Shown in pieces: positions 9,425-19,017 of a stretch of 64,000 nt of DNA; position 1 is the first letter of the stretch; the number at the start of each line of letters is the position of its first letter. The position numbers were made by a program, and so were the translations under genes. Origin of the DNA: Bdellovibrionota bacterium (lineage in GTDB: Bacteria > Bdellovibrionota_C > UBA2361 > CAKMMH01); contig JBMNLI010000012.1 of assembly GCA_050952645.1 (NCBI GenBank), forward strand, positions 224,001 to 288,000, given 5' to 3'. The notes under the pieces were generated by a model. That model was not told the origin of the DNA. It searched no databases and was given only the letters and a program-made list of their open reading frames with translations.

Positions 9425-11653
9425 ATGGTTGCTAATAGAAATGATGATAGAAATAATAGAAATAATAGAAATGATGATAGAAAAAGTAGAAGACAAAGCG
9501 GTTCTAGGCGTAGAGGAGCAAAGGGAGGTAGTGAAAATGATAGGAAAAGAACTCCTCGTGACAATACTTCTTTAGAAAGTTTTAGTGAAAATCTAAGAGA
9601 GATGTTAAGAAATTTAACCGAGAAAGAAATAGCTAACTTAGAAAGGGCAATAGTACTAGCAAAGGCTATGCAAGGTGGCAATAACTTTGCAAAGCCTCAA
9701 GAAACTATAAGTGTTCTTTCTCAAAATAATTTGGTAAAGAAAAGAAAAGAAAGTGCAGATATAGAAACTAAACTAATTAATTTGCTAGTTGGCACTATGC
9801 AAAATTTAACTAAAGATGATATCGTCGAAAATTTTATAAAATCGCTACACTTATGTTCTAAAAAACCTGAAAACTGGGATGTAGAATGTCGTAATGTAAG
9901 TTTTAAGCTAAGAGAAATGTATCTAGGCATTATAAGTGTTATAGCTAGTGAAGATAAAACTCCGCTCTATGCTTATGCAGAACATAGAGATAATTATGCT
10001 ACCGCTCAATTTGAAGATTTTGAGCGTGAAGATCTTAGTCAAATAAATGAAGCTGGTAATTTAGTTAGGCAAAAAATAATATGCAATCTTTTATATACTC
10101 AAAAGAGTTTTAACGATTTTGAAATAGTGAAGAATTACCAATTATTTCTTAAGCGGATAACCGAAAAAATAGTATCGGTTGTAAATAAACATATTGAAGG
10201 ACGAATAGATCAGGAAAATTTACATAATATTATTAAAGCAGTTTATATTTTTGCTCGTGGTTTATGTATTCCTCCTTATCTAAGATCTACTGTCGAGAAA
10301 TTTCAATATAAAGGTGAAGTGTCAAAATTAATTGCTGCTAGAGAATTAGCAAATTTTCCTGATACGCTAACATTTAATGTTCTTTATGAGTTGTTAAAGC
10401 CAGATTTAAAAGAAAATTTAAATCAATTTAAAGAGAATTGTAATAAATTTTTTAGAGAAAATTATAAAATTTATACACTGCCACGTGAACCTGAGAATGC
10501 TGACACTATTATATCTGGAATGATAGTTTTCTTTAAAAACTTAAGAGACGAAATGGAGAATTTTATTGCTTATTTAGAAAATATTGCTAGCTATCCTTAT
10601 ATATTAAATGAACTTGAACACATTGATTCTAAATTATCAAAAGAGCGTTGTTTAAAAACAACAAAGAAAAATAGAGATAAAAGACTTGATATAAAAGGGG
10701 AGATAATGCTAACCGTTACTGATAGAGATGGCAAAGTCTTTGGCTTGTATTATGATGGAAGAAGACAAAGAAAAGGTATTTGGGTTAAAAATCCTAATAA
10801 CACTTTTTTATTAGATACGATAGATGCTAAATCACTTTCTTATAAAGCAATATTAAAAGAGAATGCAAGTGGTATTTTTATAGATGAGACTGATAATATT
10901 TGGACTTCAGAAATAGAGCAATATGTTATTAAGAGTGGTGATACAAAAGATAATCTTGTAAATATAACTAGATGTCTTTTAGAGAAAGGAAGAAATTTTT
11001 TGTCTCTAATAGAAAATAAATATGATGTGGTATTTAAAGACATACAAGATCTTTCAATAGTTATGCTTGCTCTCGACTTAAGCAAAGAGGTGTGGGGGAT
11101 AAGGTCGGATAAAGCATATTGGTTACGTGCAGAAGCCTGTTTTACCCATCCTGATAACTTTCAAGATGAGGAAGAGCGATCGTGTGTTCTAGAGAAATTT
11201 AAAGATTTTTATGATTGCCCAGAAAATAAGAGTTTAACATTTGAAGATAGTATAAATGAGTTGCTACCAGATAGAAAATTTTATAAAGATAATTCTGATA
11301 AAGATATTGTAGTAGATAAAAGTAAAGCTGAATCTAATAATAGCGAAGAGATGTCTAGCTATATGGAAAAGATAGAAAATTATTTTAAAAAAGGTGGTGG
11401 GGCTTTAAAAAAGAATATTTCAGTAGGTGATTTAAAAGAATTTCTTAAGCCATTAGGTGTTGATTATGATCCAGGTAGTGGAAAGGGATCGCATTCGGCG
11501 TTAGTACGTGGAAATTATAAATACCATTTAAGTCAAGTAATGCGAAAGGAAGGAGTTTATTTTAATAAATTAGCTGAGATTATTAAATCGCTTGGGCTTT
11601 CTTATAAAGAAGTCTATGAAAAATGTTGCGTTGAAAAAGAAGATAAGAGTTAA
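9425..11653 (+). CDS. Large hypothetical protein with Arg-rich N-terminus and C-terminal HicA-like mRNA interferase domain
   Basis: C-terminal DLKEFLKPLGV...GKGSHSALVR...LAEIIKSLGL matches the HicA pattern including the GSH motif. Confidence 0.6.
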   Translation: MVANRNDDRNNRNNRNDDRKSRRQSGSRRRGAKGGSENDRKRTPRDNTSLESFSENLREMLRNLTEKEIANLERAIVLAKAMQGGNNFAKPQETISVLSQNNLVKKRKESADIETKLINLLVGTMQNLTKDDIVENFIKSLHLCSKKPENWDVECRNVSFKLREMYLGIISVIASEDKTPLYAYAEHRDNYATAQFEDFEREDLSQINEAGNLVRQKIICNLLYTQKSFNDFEIVKNYQLFLKRITEKIVSVVNKHIEGRIDQENLHNIIKAVYIFARGLCIPPYLRSTVEKFQYKGEVSKLIAARELANFPDTLTFNVLYELLKPDLKENLNQFKENCNKFFRENYKIYTLPREPENADTIISGMIVFFKNLRDEMENFIAYLENIASYPYILNELEHIDSKLSKERCLKTTKKNRDKRLDIKGEIMLTVTDRDGKVFGLYYDGRRQRKGIWVKNPNNTFLLDTIDAKSLSYKAILKENASGIFIDETDNIWTSEIEQYVIKSGDTKDNLVNITRCLLEKGRNFLSLIENKYDVVFKDIQDLSIVMLALDLSKEVWGIRSDKAYWLRAEACFTHPDNFQDEEERSCVLEKFKDFYDCPENKSLTFEDSINELLPDRKFYKDNSDKDIVVDKSKAESNNSEEMSSYMEKIENYFKKGGGALKKNISVGDLKEFLKPLGVDYDPGSGKGSHSALVRGNYKYHLSQVMRKEGVYFNKLAEIIKSLGLSYKEVYEKCCVEKEDKS

Positions 11654-11688
11654 GTTAAGGTATAATCCGAGCAATATATCCTTTTTAT

Positions 11689-11793
11689 GGTTCTTCACGT
11701 TTTAGGTGGGTTAGAAAAATTTTTCTTTTAGGGCCTCGTAGAGAGTGATACTAATTTTTTAGGATTTAAAACTACCTTTAAGCGTGAAGAACT
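11689..11793 (+). mobile_element. MITE family 1, short class (~105 bp)
   Basis: ggttcttcacgttttaggtggg...gagtgatactaa...tttaagcgtgaagaact. Confidence 0.85.
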
Positions 11794-11927
11794 AAAAAAT
11801 ATAATATCAAAAAAGTAATCTTGAAAAACGTAGTTAGATGTTAGACAATAATAACTCGTTATTAATTTTTTAACTTTTATATTATATTTAATAATATATT
11901 TGTTTTATATGTTCATTTTAGTTTTGC

Positions 11928-12851
11928 ATGTTTAATACTATTTGTGATTTTCTAATATATTTGATTTTTAGATTCTTAATGCTACTTTTTTACATCTTGC
12001 CTAGAAAGTGGGTAGTAAAATTTCTTACATTTTTTGGGAAAACAGTATTAAAGTATCATAAGCTTTACAGAAAAGTAACGTTAATAAATTTAGGATTTGC
12101 ATATCCAGATAAGAGCATAGAGTGGAGACTAGAGTTTATAGATGAAATAGCTAGCGAACTTGCAAGAGCCTTTTACGATATTATTAGAATTCCTTTTTTA
12201 TCTAAAGAGTGGATTAAAAAACACGTAGAATTTGAAGATAAAGAAAAGTTAAATAAAAAATATTCTAAAAAAACACCTATCATATTCGTTACGGGACATT
12301 TAGGAAGTTTTGAACTTCTTATATATTCTTGCTCTTTGTTAAAGGGAAATCATATAAGCATTGTCGTAAAAAGTTTGAAAAATAAATTTATAGATAAATA
12401 CTGGAATAGCATTCGTTCTAAATATGGAAGCAGAATAATAAAAAAAGATGGAGCATATAAGGCTTCGCTAAAAGCTATAAAGAATAATCACGATATTGGG
12501 TTTCCATTCGATCAAAATATGAAAAGATACGATTCGGTATTTGTAGATTTTTTTGGGAAAAAGGCGGCTACTTCTAAGACGTTAGCAGTTTTAGCTTTAA
12601 GACATCGTGTTCCCGTCGTTTTTGCATATATAAAACATATAGGTAATGATAAATATACCATAAGAACTAGAGAATGTTTTTATAAGGATATTTGTGATGA
12701 TAAATCATTAAACCATGAAGAAAAAATTGAGGTTTTTACCACGCGTGCTATGGGTGTCTTAGAAGAACTTATAAGAGAATGTCCTGCTGGTTGGTTCTGG
12801 ATGCATAGAAGATGGAAAACTAGACCAGAAGGTGAAGAACAGTTTTATTAA
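11928..12851 (+). CDS. Lipid A acyltransferase (LpxL/HtrB family)
   Basis: GHLGSFE, DQ, FFGKKA and WFWMHRRWKTRP motifs. Confidence 0.88.
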   Translation: MFNTICDFLIYLIFRFLMLLFYILPRKWVVKFLTFFGKTVLKYHKLYRKVTLINLGFAYPDKSIEWRLEFIDEIASELARAFYDIIRIPFLSKEWIKKHVEFEDKEKLNKKYSKKTPIIFVTGHLGSFELLIYSCSLLKGNHISIVVKSLKNKFIDKYWNSIRSKYGSRIIKKDGAYKASLKAIKNNHDIGFPFDQNMKRYDSVFVDFFGKKAATSKTLAVLALRHRVPVVFAYIKHIGNDKYTIRTRECFYKDICDDKSLNHEEKIEVFTTRAMGVLEELIRECPAGWFWMHRRWKTRPEGEEQFY

Positions 12852-12944
12852 AATAATTAAAATTAATTTTTTTAATTAACATACATAAAAAATAAAGACT
12901 AAATAATAAAGACTAAAAAATAAATTTATGAAGATAGAGGGCTT

Positions 12945-13415
12945 TTAAGAATTCACAGCACTAACAATTTTAAAAGTAGGTTCGCTAGTATATTTTATCC
13001 TTTTAGCAAGCCTGTTTCTAACGTAAGCTTCTCTTAGTTTCTCTACCCCCTCTTTAGCACGAGTTTTGTTTATATCTAAAATTTGCGCCTTAGGGATTTC
13101 TCTGTTTTCTATTTTCTTAAATGATTTTTCATTTAAAGTAATTATAATCTCTTGCTCTTTAAGCGATAGCTTAGAAAATGTATAACCGTCATCTAGAATT
13201 TTATTTAAGAAAATTTCAGAATAAATATAATCTGAAGACTCATAGATGACATTTTTAGCCATATTTGCTAAACTTATCCTGATGTTTGAAGCTTGCTCTA
13301 AATATTCATTAGCTATAAGCATTCCCATTATAGGTCTTCCATCACCTATAAGCTTCGATATGTGTAATAATAATACTCTGTTAAAACTAATTTTTTTGTT
13401 GCTTTTATTTTCCAT
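12945..13415 (-). CDS. Hypothetical protein under a sigma54-type promoter (ATG at 13415 preferred)
   Basis: 156-codon ORF with no recognised motif; promoter immediately upstream. Confidence 0.6.
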   Translation of the reverse strand: MENKSNKKISFNRVLLLHISKLIGDGRPIMGMLIANEYLEQASNIRISLANMAKNVIYESSDYIYSEIFLNKILDDGYTFSKLSLKEQEIIITLNEKSFKKIENREIPKAQILDINKTRAKEGVEKLREAYVRNRLAKRIKYTSEPTFKIVSAVNS

Positions 13416-13427
13416 ACCCAATCTATA

Positions 13428-13444
13428 TGCAAGAATCGTGCCAA
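13428..13444 (-). promoter_or_regulatory. Sigma54 (RpoN) -24/-12 promoter
   Basis: Minus strand reads TTGGCACGATTCTTGCA, matching TGGCACG-N4-TTGC. Confidence 0.85.
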
Positions 13445-13459
13445 CTTTGTAATATTTTA

Positions 13460-13472
13460 TAACATATTGATT
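13460..13472 (-). promoter_or_regulatory. IHF-binding site
   Basis: AATCAATATGTTA fits WATCAANNNNTTR and lies between the promoter and the putative UAS. Confidence 0.6.
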
Positions 13473-13515
13473 TTACATTGTTTTTTGTATAAAATTAAAA
13501 TGTATCATTGGCAGT

Positions 13516-13533
13516 TGTTGCGTTTCTGCAACA
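13516..13533. promoter_or_regulatory. Candidate enhancer (UAS) palindrome
   Basis: tgttgc-N6-gcaaca about 100-115 bp upstream of the predicted start site. Confidence 0.45.
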
Positions 13534-13708
13534 GCACGGTGAGGATTTTTTCCACGAAGCAATTTTTTTATTTAAATATTTATAGTGTTTTTTAAAGGTT
13601 TTAATGTTGTTAAAAATATTAGCTAAAATATTTGTAATATTGTTGATATTGATTTTCGGTGGTATACTTCTAGAGTTTAATTTTTCTTCTTTTTAATGTT
13701 TTTTACTT

Positions 13709-14242
13709 ATGATACCTACAGATTTTAAATTAAAATATGATAAAAATTGTATAGATGATGCTATATCAAATGTTGCAGATAAAATGAATAAGTTTTTTAA
13801 TAAAAAAGATTTTAAAAATGATGATATCGTAGCGCTAACGATTTTAAAAGGAGCTATGTTTTTTTCAATAGATCTAATGAAAAAATTAGCTTTTAATTTT
13901 AGTGTCGATTTCTTAAAAGCTTCTTCATATCACAGCAATAAACAGTCAACGGAAATATTAATAGACGCAAAGAATGTTTTTGTAAAGGATAAGACGGTAA
14001 TTTTGTTAGATGATATATGTGATACTGGTATAACGCTTTATGAGTTATCAAACATTTTAAAAAACTATGGTGCAAAAGAAGTATACTCTGCCGTGCTTTT
14101 AAAGCGCTTAGGTACTACTTCTAAATATAAACCAAACTGGGTTGGTTTCGTTGATAAGAGTAAAGATTGGTTCGTTGGCTATGGAATGGATGATGCACAA
14201 AAATGGCGTCAACTTCCTGAAATTTATGTAAAGAAGCAATAA
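13709..14242 (+). CDS. hpt: Hypoxanthine phosphoribosyltransferase
   Basis: ILKGA, ASSY, LLDDICDTGITL (PRPP loop), FVGYGMD. Confidence 0.88.
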   Translation: MIPTDFKLKYDKNCIDDAISNVADKMNKFFNKKDFKNDDIVALTILKGAMFFSIDLMKKLAFNFSVDFLKASSYHSNKQSTEILIDAKNVFVKDKTVILLDDICDTGITLYELSNILKNYGAKEVYSAVLLKRLGTTSKYKPNWVGFVDKSKDWFVGYGMDDAQKWRQLPEIYVKKQ

Positions 14243-14303
14243 TGCATTTGCGTCTTTCATGTTTTTTTAAGAGGATAATAAAAAATTATTTTAAAATATC
14301 AAA

Positions 14304-15755
14304 ATGGCTATGCAAGAAAAGGAAATCAAATATTCACTAGATATACAGAACGTAACGAAAGCCTTTAGTAAAAAAACTTTACAAAAAGGTGGATATACTA
14401 CTTTAAAATCCTTGATTCTTAATCCGCTAAAACATGAAAAAGCTAGAAACAATGATTTTATATATGCTATAAAAGATCTAACTTTGCAAATTCCTAAAGG
14501 TAAATCTGTAGGACTTATAGGACGAAATGGTGCTGGAAAATCTACTCTTTTAAAACTAATTTCAGGAATTTATCAACCTACCTCTGGAAAAATAAAAGTA
14601 AATGGCAAAATTGCAGCTCTAATAGAGTTAGGAGCAGGTTTTCACCCAGATTTTACGGGAAGAGAAAATATATATCTAGGTGGCGCTATGCATGGTATGA
14701 CTACTAAAGAGATAGATGAAGTTTACGATGATATAGTAAAGTTTTCAGAGCTAGAAGATTACATGGACGCCCCGATAAGAACGTATTCTAGCGGAATGTT
14801 TATGAGATTAGGATTTAGTTTAGCGATACATACTAGCCCAGATGTTTTAATAGTCGATGAAGTGCTTGCCGTAGGAGATGCGTCTTTTAATGCTAAGTGT
14901 AAAGATAGGTTATTTGAAATTAAGAAAAAAGGAACCACGCTTCTTTTAGTAAGCCATGACTTATCTTCTATAAAAGATTGGTGTGAAGAAGCGCTTTGGA
15001 TAGAAAAAGGTGTCGTTAAAGCTAGAGGGATTCCGGAAAAGGTAATAAATAAATATTTAAGCTATGTTAGCGCTAGAGATAATGCGAAATTAAGAGAAGC
15101 AAATAAAAGAGAATTAAACAAAAAAGAAGCTAGCGATAAAAGGAGAGATAAAAAGAGCGATAAAAAGGATGTCTTAGATGATTTGTTAGCTAACAAAAAA
15201 GTAGCAATGAATTTATTAGATGGCAATTTAGCTAGCACATTAACTAGCACATTAGACGCCACATTAGATGGCAAAACTTTATTAGAAGATAAAGAAGAAA
15301 ATAAAATAGAGATATCAGATATTAAATGTCTAAATAAAAATAAAAAAGAATGTTATGCTTATGCCGTAAACGATAGCTTAACTATAAAGTTTGATTATAA
15401 AATCAATAGTAAGATTAAAGATGTTATTTTTGAAATTAAAATTATAAGAAGAGATGGTCTTATAATTAGCGAAAGCAGTTCTAAACTTTATCAAAATCGA
15501 GTGAACGTAAACGAGAATTTAAAAAAAAATATAAAATCAAATAATGGCGCAAATAATAGCTCAAATAATGGCACTGTTTGCTATGAAATTAAAGATTTAG
15601 CTTTAACGCCTGCAAGGTATGTAGCACAAATTTTCACTAGGAATAATAATGATGAAAATCATAAGTTAAAAAATAATACTATAAATTTTCTTGTGCGTCC
15701 TAATGGCGTAAATTCAGGAGTTATTCTCCTAAAAGATGAATGGAAATTTTGTTAA
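14304..15755 (+). CDS. wzt: Polysaccharide ABC exporter ATPase with C-terminal Wzt_C-like domain
   Basis: GRNGAGKST, ELGAGFHPDFTGREN, YSSGM, DEVLAVGD. Confidence 0.92.
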   Translation: MAMQEKEIKYSLDIQNVTKAFSKKTLQKGGYTTLKSLILNPLKHEKARNNDFIYAIKDLTLQIPKGKSVGLIGRNGAGKSTLLKLISGIYQPTSGKIKVNGKIAALIELGAGFHPDFTGRENIYLGGAMHGMTTKEIDEVYDDIVKFSELEDYMDAPIRTYSSGMFMRLGFSLAIHTSPDVLIVDEVLAVGDASFNAKCKDRLFEIKKKGTTLLLVSHDLSSIKDWCEEALWIEKGVVKARGIPEKVINKYLSYVSARDNAKLREANKRELNKKEASDKRRDKKSDKKDVLDDLLANKKVAMNLLDGNLASTLTSTLDATLDGKTLLEDKEENKIEISDIKCLNKNKKECYAYAVNDSLTIKFDYKINSKIKDVIFEIKIIRRDGLIISESSSKLYQNRVNVNENLKKNIKSNNGANNSSNNGTVCYEIKDLALTPARYVAQIFTRNNNDENHKLKNNTINFLVRPNGVNSGVILLKDEWKFC

Positions 15756-15780
15756 AATTAGTTATTGGAGTTTTTAGTTC

Positions 15781-16566
15781 ATGGGACTAGTTAGAAACTT
15801 ACAAGAGTTAAAAAAATATAAAACTTTAGTCAATGCTCTTACGCTAAGATATTTAGCGAGTAGGTATAGAGGGTCGCTGCTTGGTTTCTTTTGGACTTTT
15901 TTAAATCCTCTATGCTTAATGTTAGTTTACACGGTAGTTTTTAAATTTTATATGAGGTTTGATGATATAGATAATTACACTATATTTTTATTCGTAGGGC
16001 TTTTGCCTTGGATGTGGGCCTCGAGTGCACTTACAGAGGCATCAGTGTCGATATCATCTAGTGCACATTTTATTACTAAGTCTATGTTTCCTCCACATAT
16101 TTTACCTACCGTTGCAACGCTTACTACATTTATAAATTTTTTATTATCGCTTCCACTCTTATTTATTTTTATGTTTTTTTTCAAAGTCCCATTTTATTCT
16201 ACAATCTTGTATTTACCTCTAGTTATAATTTTACAATTTATATTGTTATACTCTCTTGGTCTTATACTCTCCGTTATGAATGTTTATTTAAGAGATACTC
16301 AACACTTGCTAGGAAATATTTTAACATTTTTGTTTTTTCTCTCTCCTATATTGTACCCTGTGGAGAAAGTTCCAGCAAAATTTAAGTGGACACTTAACTT
16401 AAACCCATTTGCATCATTTACCTCGGCATACCATAGGTTAATATTAGACGGTAAAATTCCTGAAGCTAGTTTAATATATATGATGCTAGGGTATACTATT
16501 TTTTCACTTATAATTGCGATAATGGTTTACGATAGACATAAGGAAAATATTGTGGATTTGTTATAA
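15781..16566 (+). CDS. wzm: Polysaccharide ABC exporter permease
   Basis: RYRGSLLGFFWTFLNPL, RD, SPILYP, LNP motifs. Confidence 0.92.
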   Translation: MGLVRNLQELKKYKTLVNALTLRYLASRYRGSLLGFFWTFLNPLCLMLVYTVVFKFYMRFDDIDNYTIFLFVGLLPWMWASSALTEASVSISSSAHFITKSMFPPHILPTVATLTTFINFLLSLPLLFIFMFFFKVPFYSTILYLPLVIILQFILLYSLGLILSVMNVYLRDTQHLLGNILTFLFFLSPILYPVEKVPAKFKWTLNLNPFASFTSAYHRLILDGKIPEASLIYMMLGYTIFSLIIAIMVYDRHKENIVDLL

Positions 16567-16683
16567 TAAAATAAGAGGGGGTTAAGTTTTCGTGTTAGCT
16601 TGCGTTGTGTTGATAATAAAGAAATAAAGCGTAAAGAGTATAAAAAAAATATGTTTAAAATTTTTTATTAAAAGGCTTAAATA

Positions 16684-17748
16684 ATGAAAGAAAAAGTTTG
16701 CCAATTAGTTCATACTTTAAGTTATGGAGATGCGATATCTGGAGAGGTTATCGCTATGCATAGACTTTTAGAAGAAAACGGTTTTGAAAGTAATATATAT
16801 TCGATTAACACTCATCCTAAATACAAAGGATTAACTAAAAATTATAAAGAACTTCCCTTAGATACAACGGCAAAAGTCATTTTACACTATTCTTTAGGTT
16901 CCGATTTAAATAGGGTGTATGAGAACTTAAATAGTGCAAAAAGAGCATTAGTATACCACAATATTACGCCATACCATTTTTTTGAAGGAGTAAATCCTAG
17001 GATAGTTAATGATATAAAAAGTGGTATATTAGAGTTTCCAAAGCTTTGTAAAATAACAGACTTAATTATAGCCGACTCTTCTTTTAATGCGTTAGATATA
17101 GAAAAATTAGGTCTAGAAGCAAAGGTGCTTCCTCTTTTATTCGATAATAAAAAGTGGAATATCGAAGCAAACGTAGGGATTGAAAGTATTTTACAAAAAG
17201 ACAATACTATAAACATTCTGCACACTGGAAGATTAGCTCCTAATAAATGTATAGAAGATATTATAAAAAGTTTTTATTTTTTACATCATAAAATAGAAAA
17301 AAACTCTAAGTTGTATTTAATAGGCATAGATGTAGATACTGAAATATATTCTTTTATGTTAAAAGAGTTAGTAGCTGCATTAAATTTAAAAGATGCAGTG
17401 CGCTTTTGTGGTTCAGTAGCTGACAGTGAGCTAAAGGCTTTTTATAAAAACTCTTCAGTTTACTTGTCTATGAGTGAACACGAAGGGTTTTGCGTTCCTA
17501 TTTTAGAAGCGATGAATTTTTCTCTTCCAGTAGTATCGTATAAAAGCACTGCTTTAGAAGATACCGTAGGAAATGGCGGAATACTTGTAAGCGAAAAAAA
17601 ACACGAATACATTGGAGAGATTTTATATAAAGTAGCAACGGATAATAAAATAAGACAGGAGATGATTAAAGCAGGTAAAGAGCGAATTAGTGAGTTTAGC
17701 GAAAAAAATTTTTCTAAGAAATTTTTAAATTTAGTAAAATCTTTTTAA
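16684..17748 (+). CDS. Glycosyltransferase family 4
   Basis: GRLAPNK and SEHEGFCVPILEAM (EX7E). Confidence 0.88.
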   Translation: MKEKVCQLVHTLSYGDAISGEVIAMHRLLEENGFESNIYSINTHPKYKGLTKNYKELPLDTTAKVILHYSLGSDLNRVYENLNSAKRALVYHNITPYHFFEGVNPRIVNDIKSGILEFPKLCKITDLIIADSSFNALDIEKLGLEAKVLPLLFDNKKWNIEANVGIESILQKDNTINILHTGRLAPNKCIEDIIKSFYFLHHKIEKNSKLYLIGIDVDTEIYSFMLKELVAALNLKDAVRFCGSVADSELKAFYKNSSVYLSMSEHEGFCVPILEAMNFSLPVVSYKSTALEDTVGNGGILVSEKKHEYIGEILYKVATDNKIRQEMIKAGKERISEFSEKNFSKKFLNLVKSF

Positions 17749-17771
17749 ATAGTTTTAAAATAAAAAATAAA

Positions 17772-18941
17772 ATGAAAAATAGTGTAGCATTAGATATAAG
17801 TGCTTTAAATCCAGCGTTTAAAGAGCATGCAAAAAGAGGCATTGGAAGATACGTAAGAGAGATATATCAATTTTTAAAAAATGATAATGAGATTTTTTCT
17901 CTTTCAACTTTTGACCAATGCACACTTCTTAATAATTATGAGAAAAAAATAATATCTAGTCTTCCATGTGGCAAACAAAGTATTAGTCAACAAATTTTTA
18001 TTCCTTATAAATTAAGAAGGCACACACGCAGTGCAGATTTTATACATTTTCCAGCACATACCGATGTGCCACTTTTAGCCCCTAGACCATATATCGTAAC
18101 TGTACTAGATTTAATATACTTACTTTTTAAAGATTTATACGACCAAGGAAATTATAGAGCTAGGTTTGCTAGAGCACTTGAAATAGCATCTATAAAAAAT
18201 GCCGATATGATTATCGCTATAAGTGAGTGCACTGCAAACGATGTTTTTAAACTTTTAAAAATACCTTATGAAAAAATTAGAGTTACGCATCTAGGTGTAG
18301 ATGAATCTTTTTTTAATTTAGTTTTAGATAGAGATTATGAGAATAATTTTAGAAAAGAATATAACTTATTAGATAGCACAAAAATTATTTTATACGTTGG
18401 CGGAATAGATCAAAGGAAAAATTATAAGACTTTACTAGAAACTGTAAAGATTTTACAAGATAAATATAAAGAAAATAAAGCTTTCGATTTTAGGCTCGTT
18501 ATGGTTGGGAGCATTCAAAACGATAGACAGTACCCAATATATAAAAACTTAATAAAAGAATATAAAATAGATGATATCGTTATAGAAGCTGGCTTTTTAG
18601 AAGATAGTAATTTAAAATCACTATATAAATTTTCTACTCTTTTATTTTTCCCGACGTTATATGAAGGTTTCGGCCTTACTCCATTAGAGGCTTTAGCTAG
18701 TGGTTTGCCAGTAGTGGCATCTAATACTCCTGCTGTTAAAGAGGTAGTAAGGGATTTTGCACTCACAGCAGATGCTAAAGACTCTAAAACCTTTGCTTCT
18801 TATATTGATAATTTATTTTTAAATATTGATTTAAGAAAAAGACTATCGGTTGAAGGGATAGAACACGCTAAAAATTTTACGTGGGAAAAAACTGGCGAGA
18901 AGACTATAGAAGTGTATGAAGAAATGTTTAAAAAAATTTAA
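17772..18941 (+). CDS. Glycosyltransferase family 4 (mannosyl/rhamnosyltransferase-like)
   Basis: GIGRY, RKN, YEGFGLTPLEA, FTWEK. Confidence 0.88.
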   Translation: MKNSVALDISALNPAFKEHAKRGIGRYVREIYQFLKNDNEIFSLSTFDQCTLLNNYEKKIISSLPCGKQSISQQIFIPYKLRRHTRSADFIHFPAHTDVPLLAPRPYIVTVLDLIYLLFKDLYDQGNYRARFARALEIASIKNADMIIAISECTANDVFKLLKIPYEKIRVTHLGVDESFFNLVLDRDYENNFRKEYNLLDSTKIILYVGGIDQRKNYKTLLETVKILQDKYKENKAFDFRLVMVGSIQNDRQYPIYKNLIKEYKIDDIVIEAGFLEDSNLKSLYKFSTLLFFPTLYEGFGLTPLEALASGLPVVASNTPAVKEVVRDFALTADAKDSKTFASYIDNLFLNIDLRKRLSVEGIEHAKNFTWEKTGEKTIEVYEEMFKKI

Positions 18942-19000
18942 TGTTTAATATATTTAATGTTTAATATATTTAATGTTTAATATATTTGATGTTTAATATA
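18937..19000. repeat. Tandem repeat, 16 bp x4
   Basis: (tttaatgtttaatata)4 with one substitution in the last copy. Confidence 0.95.
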
Positions 19001-19017
19001 AAAAGAAAAGAAGTTAT

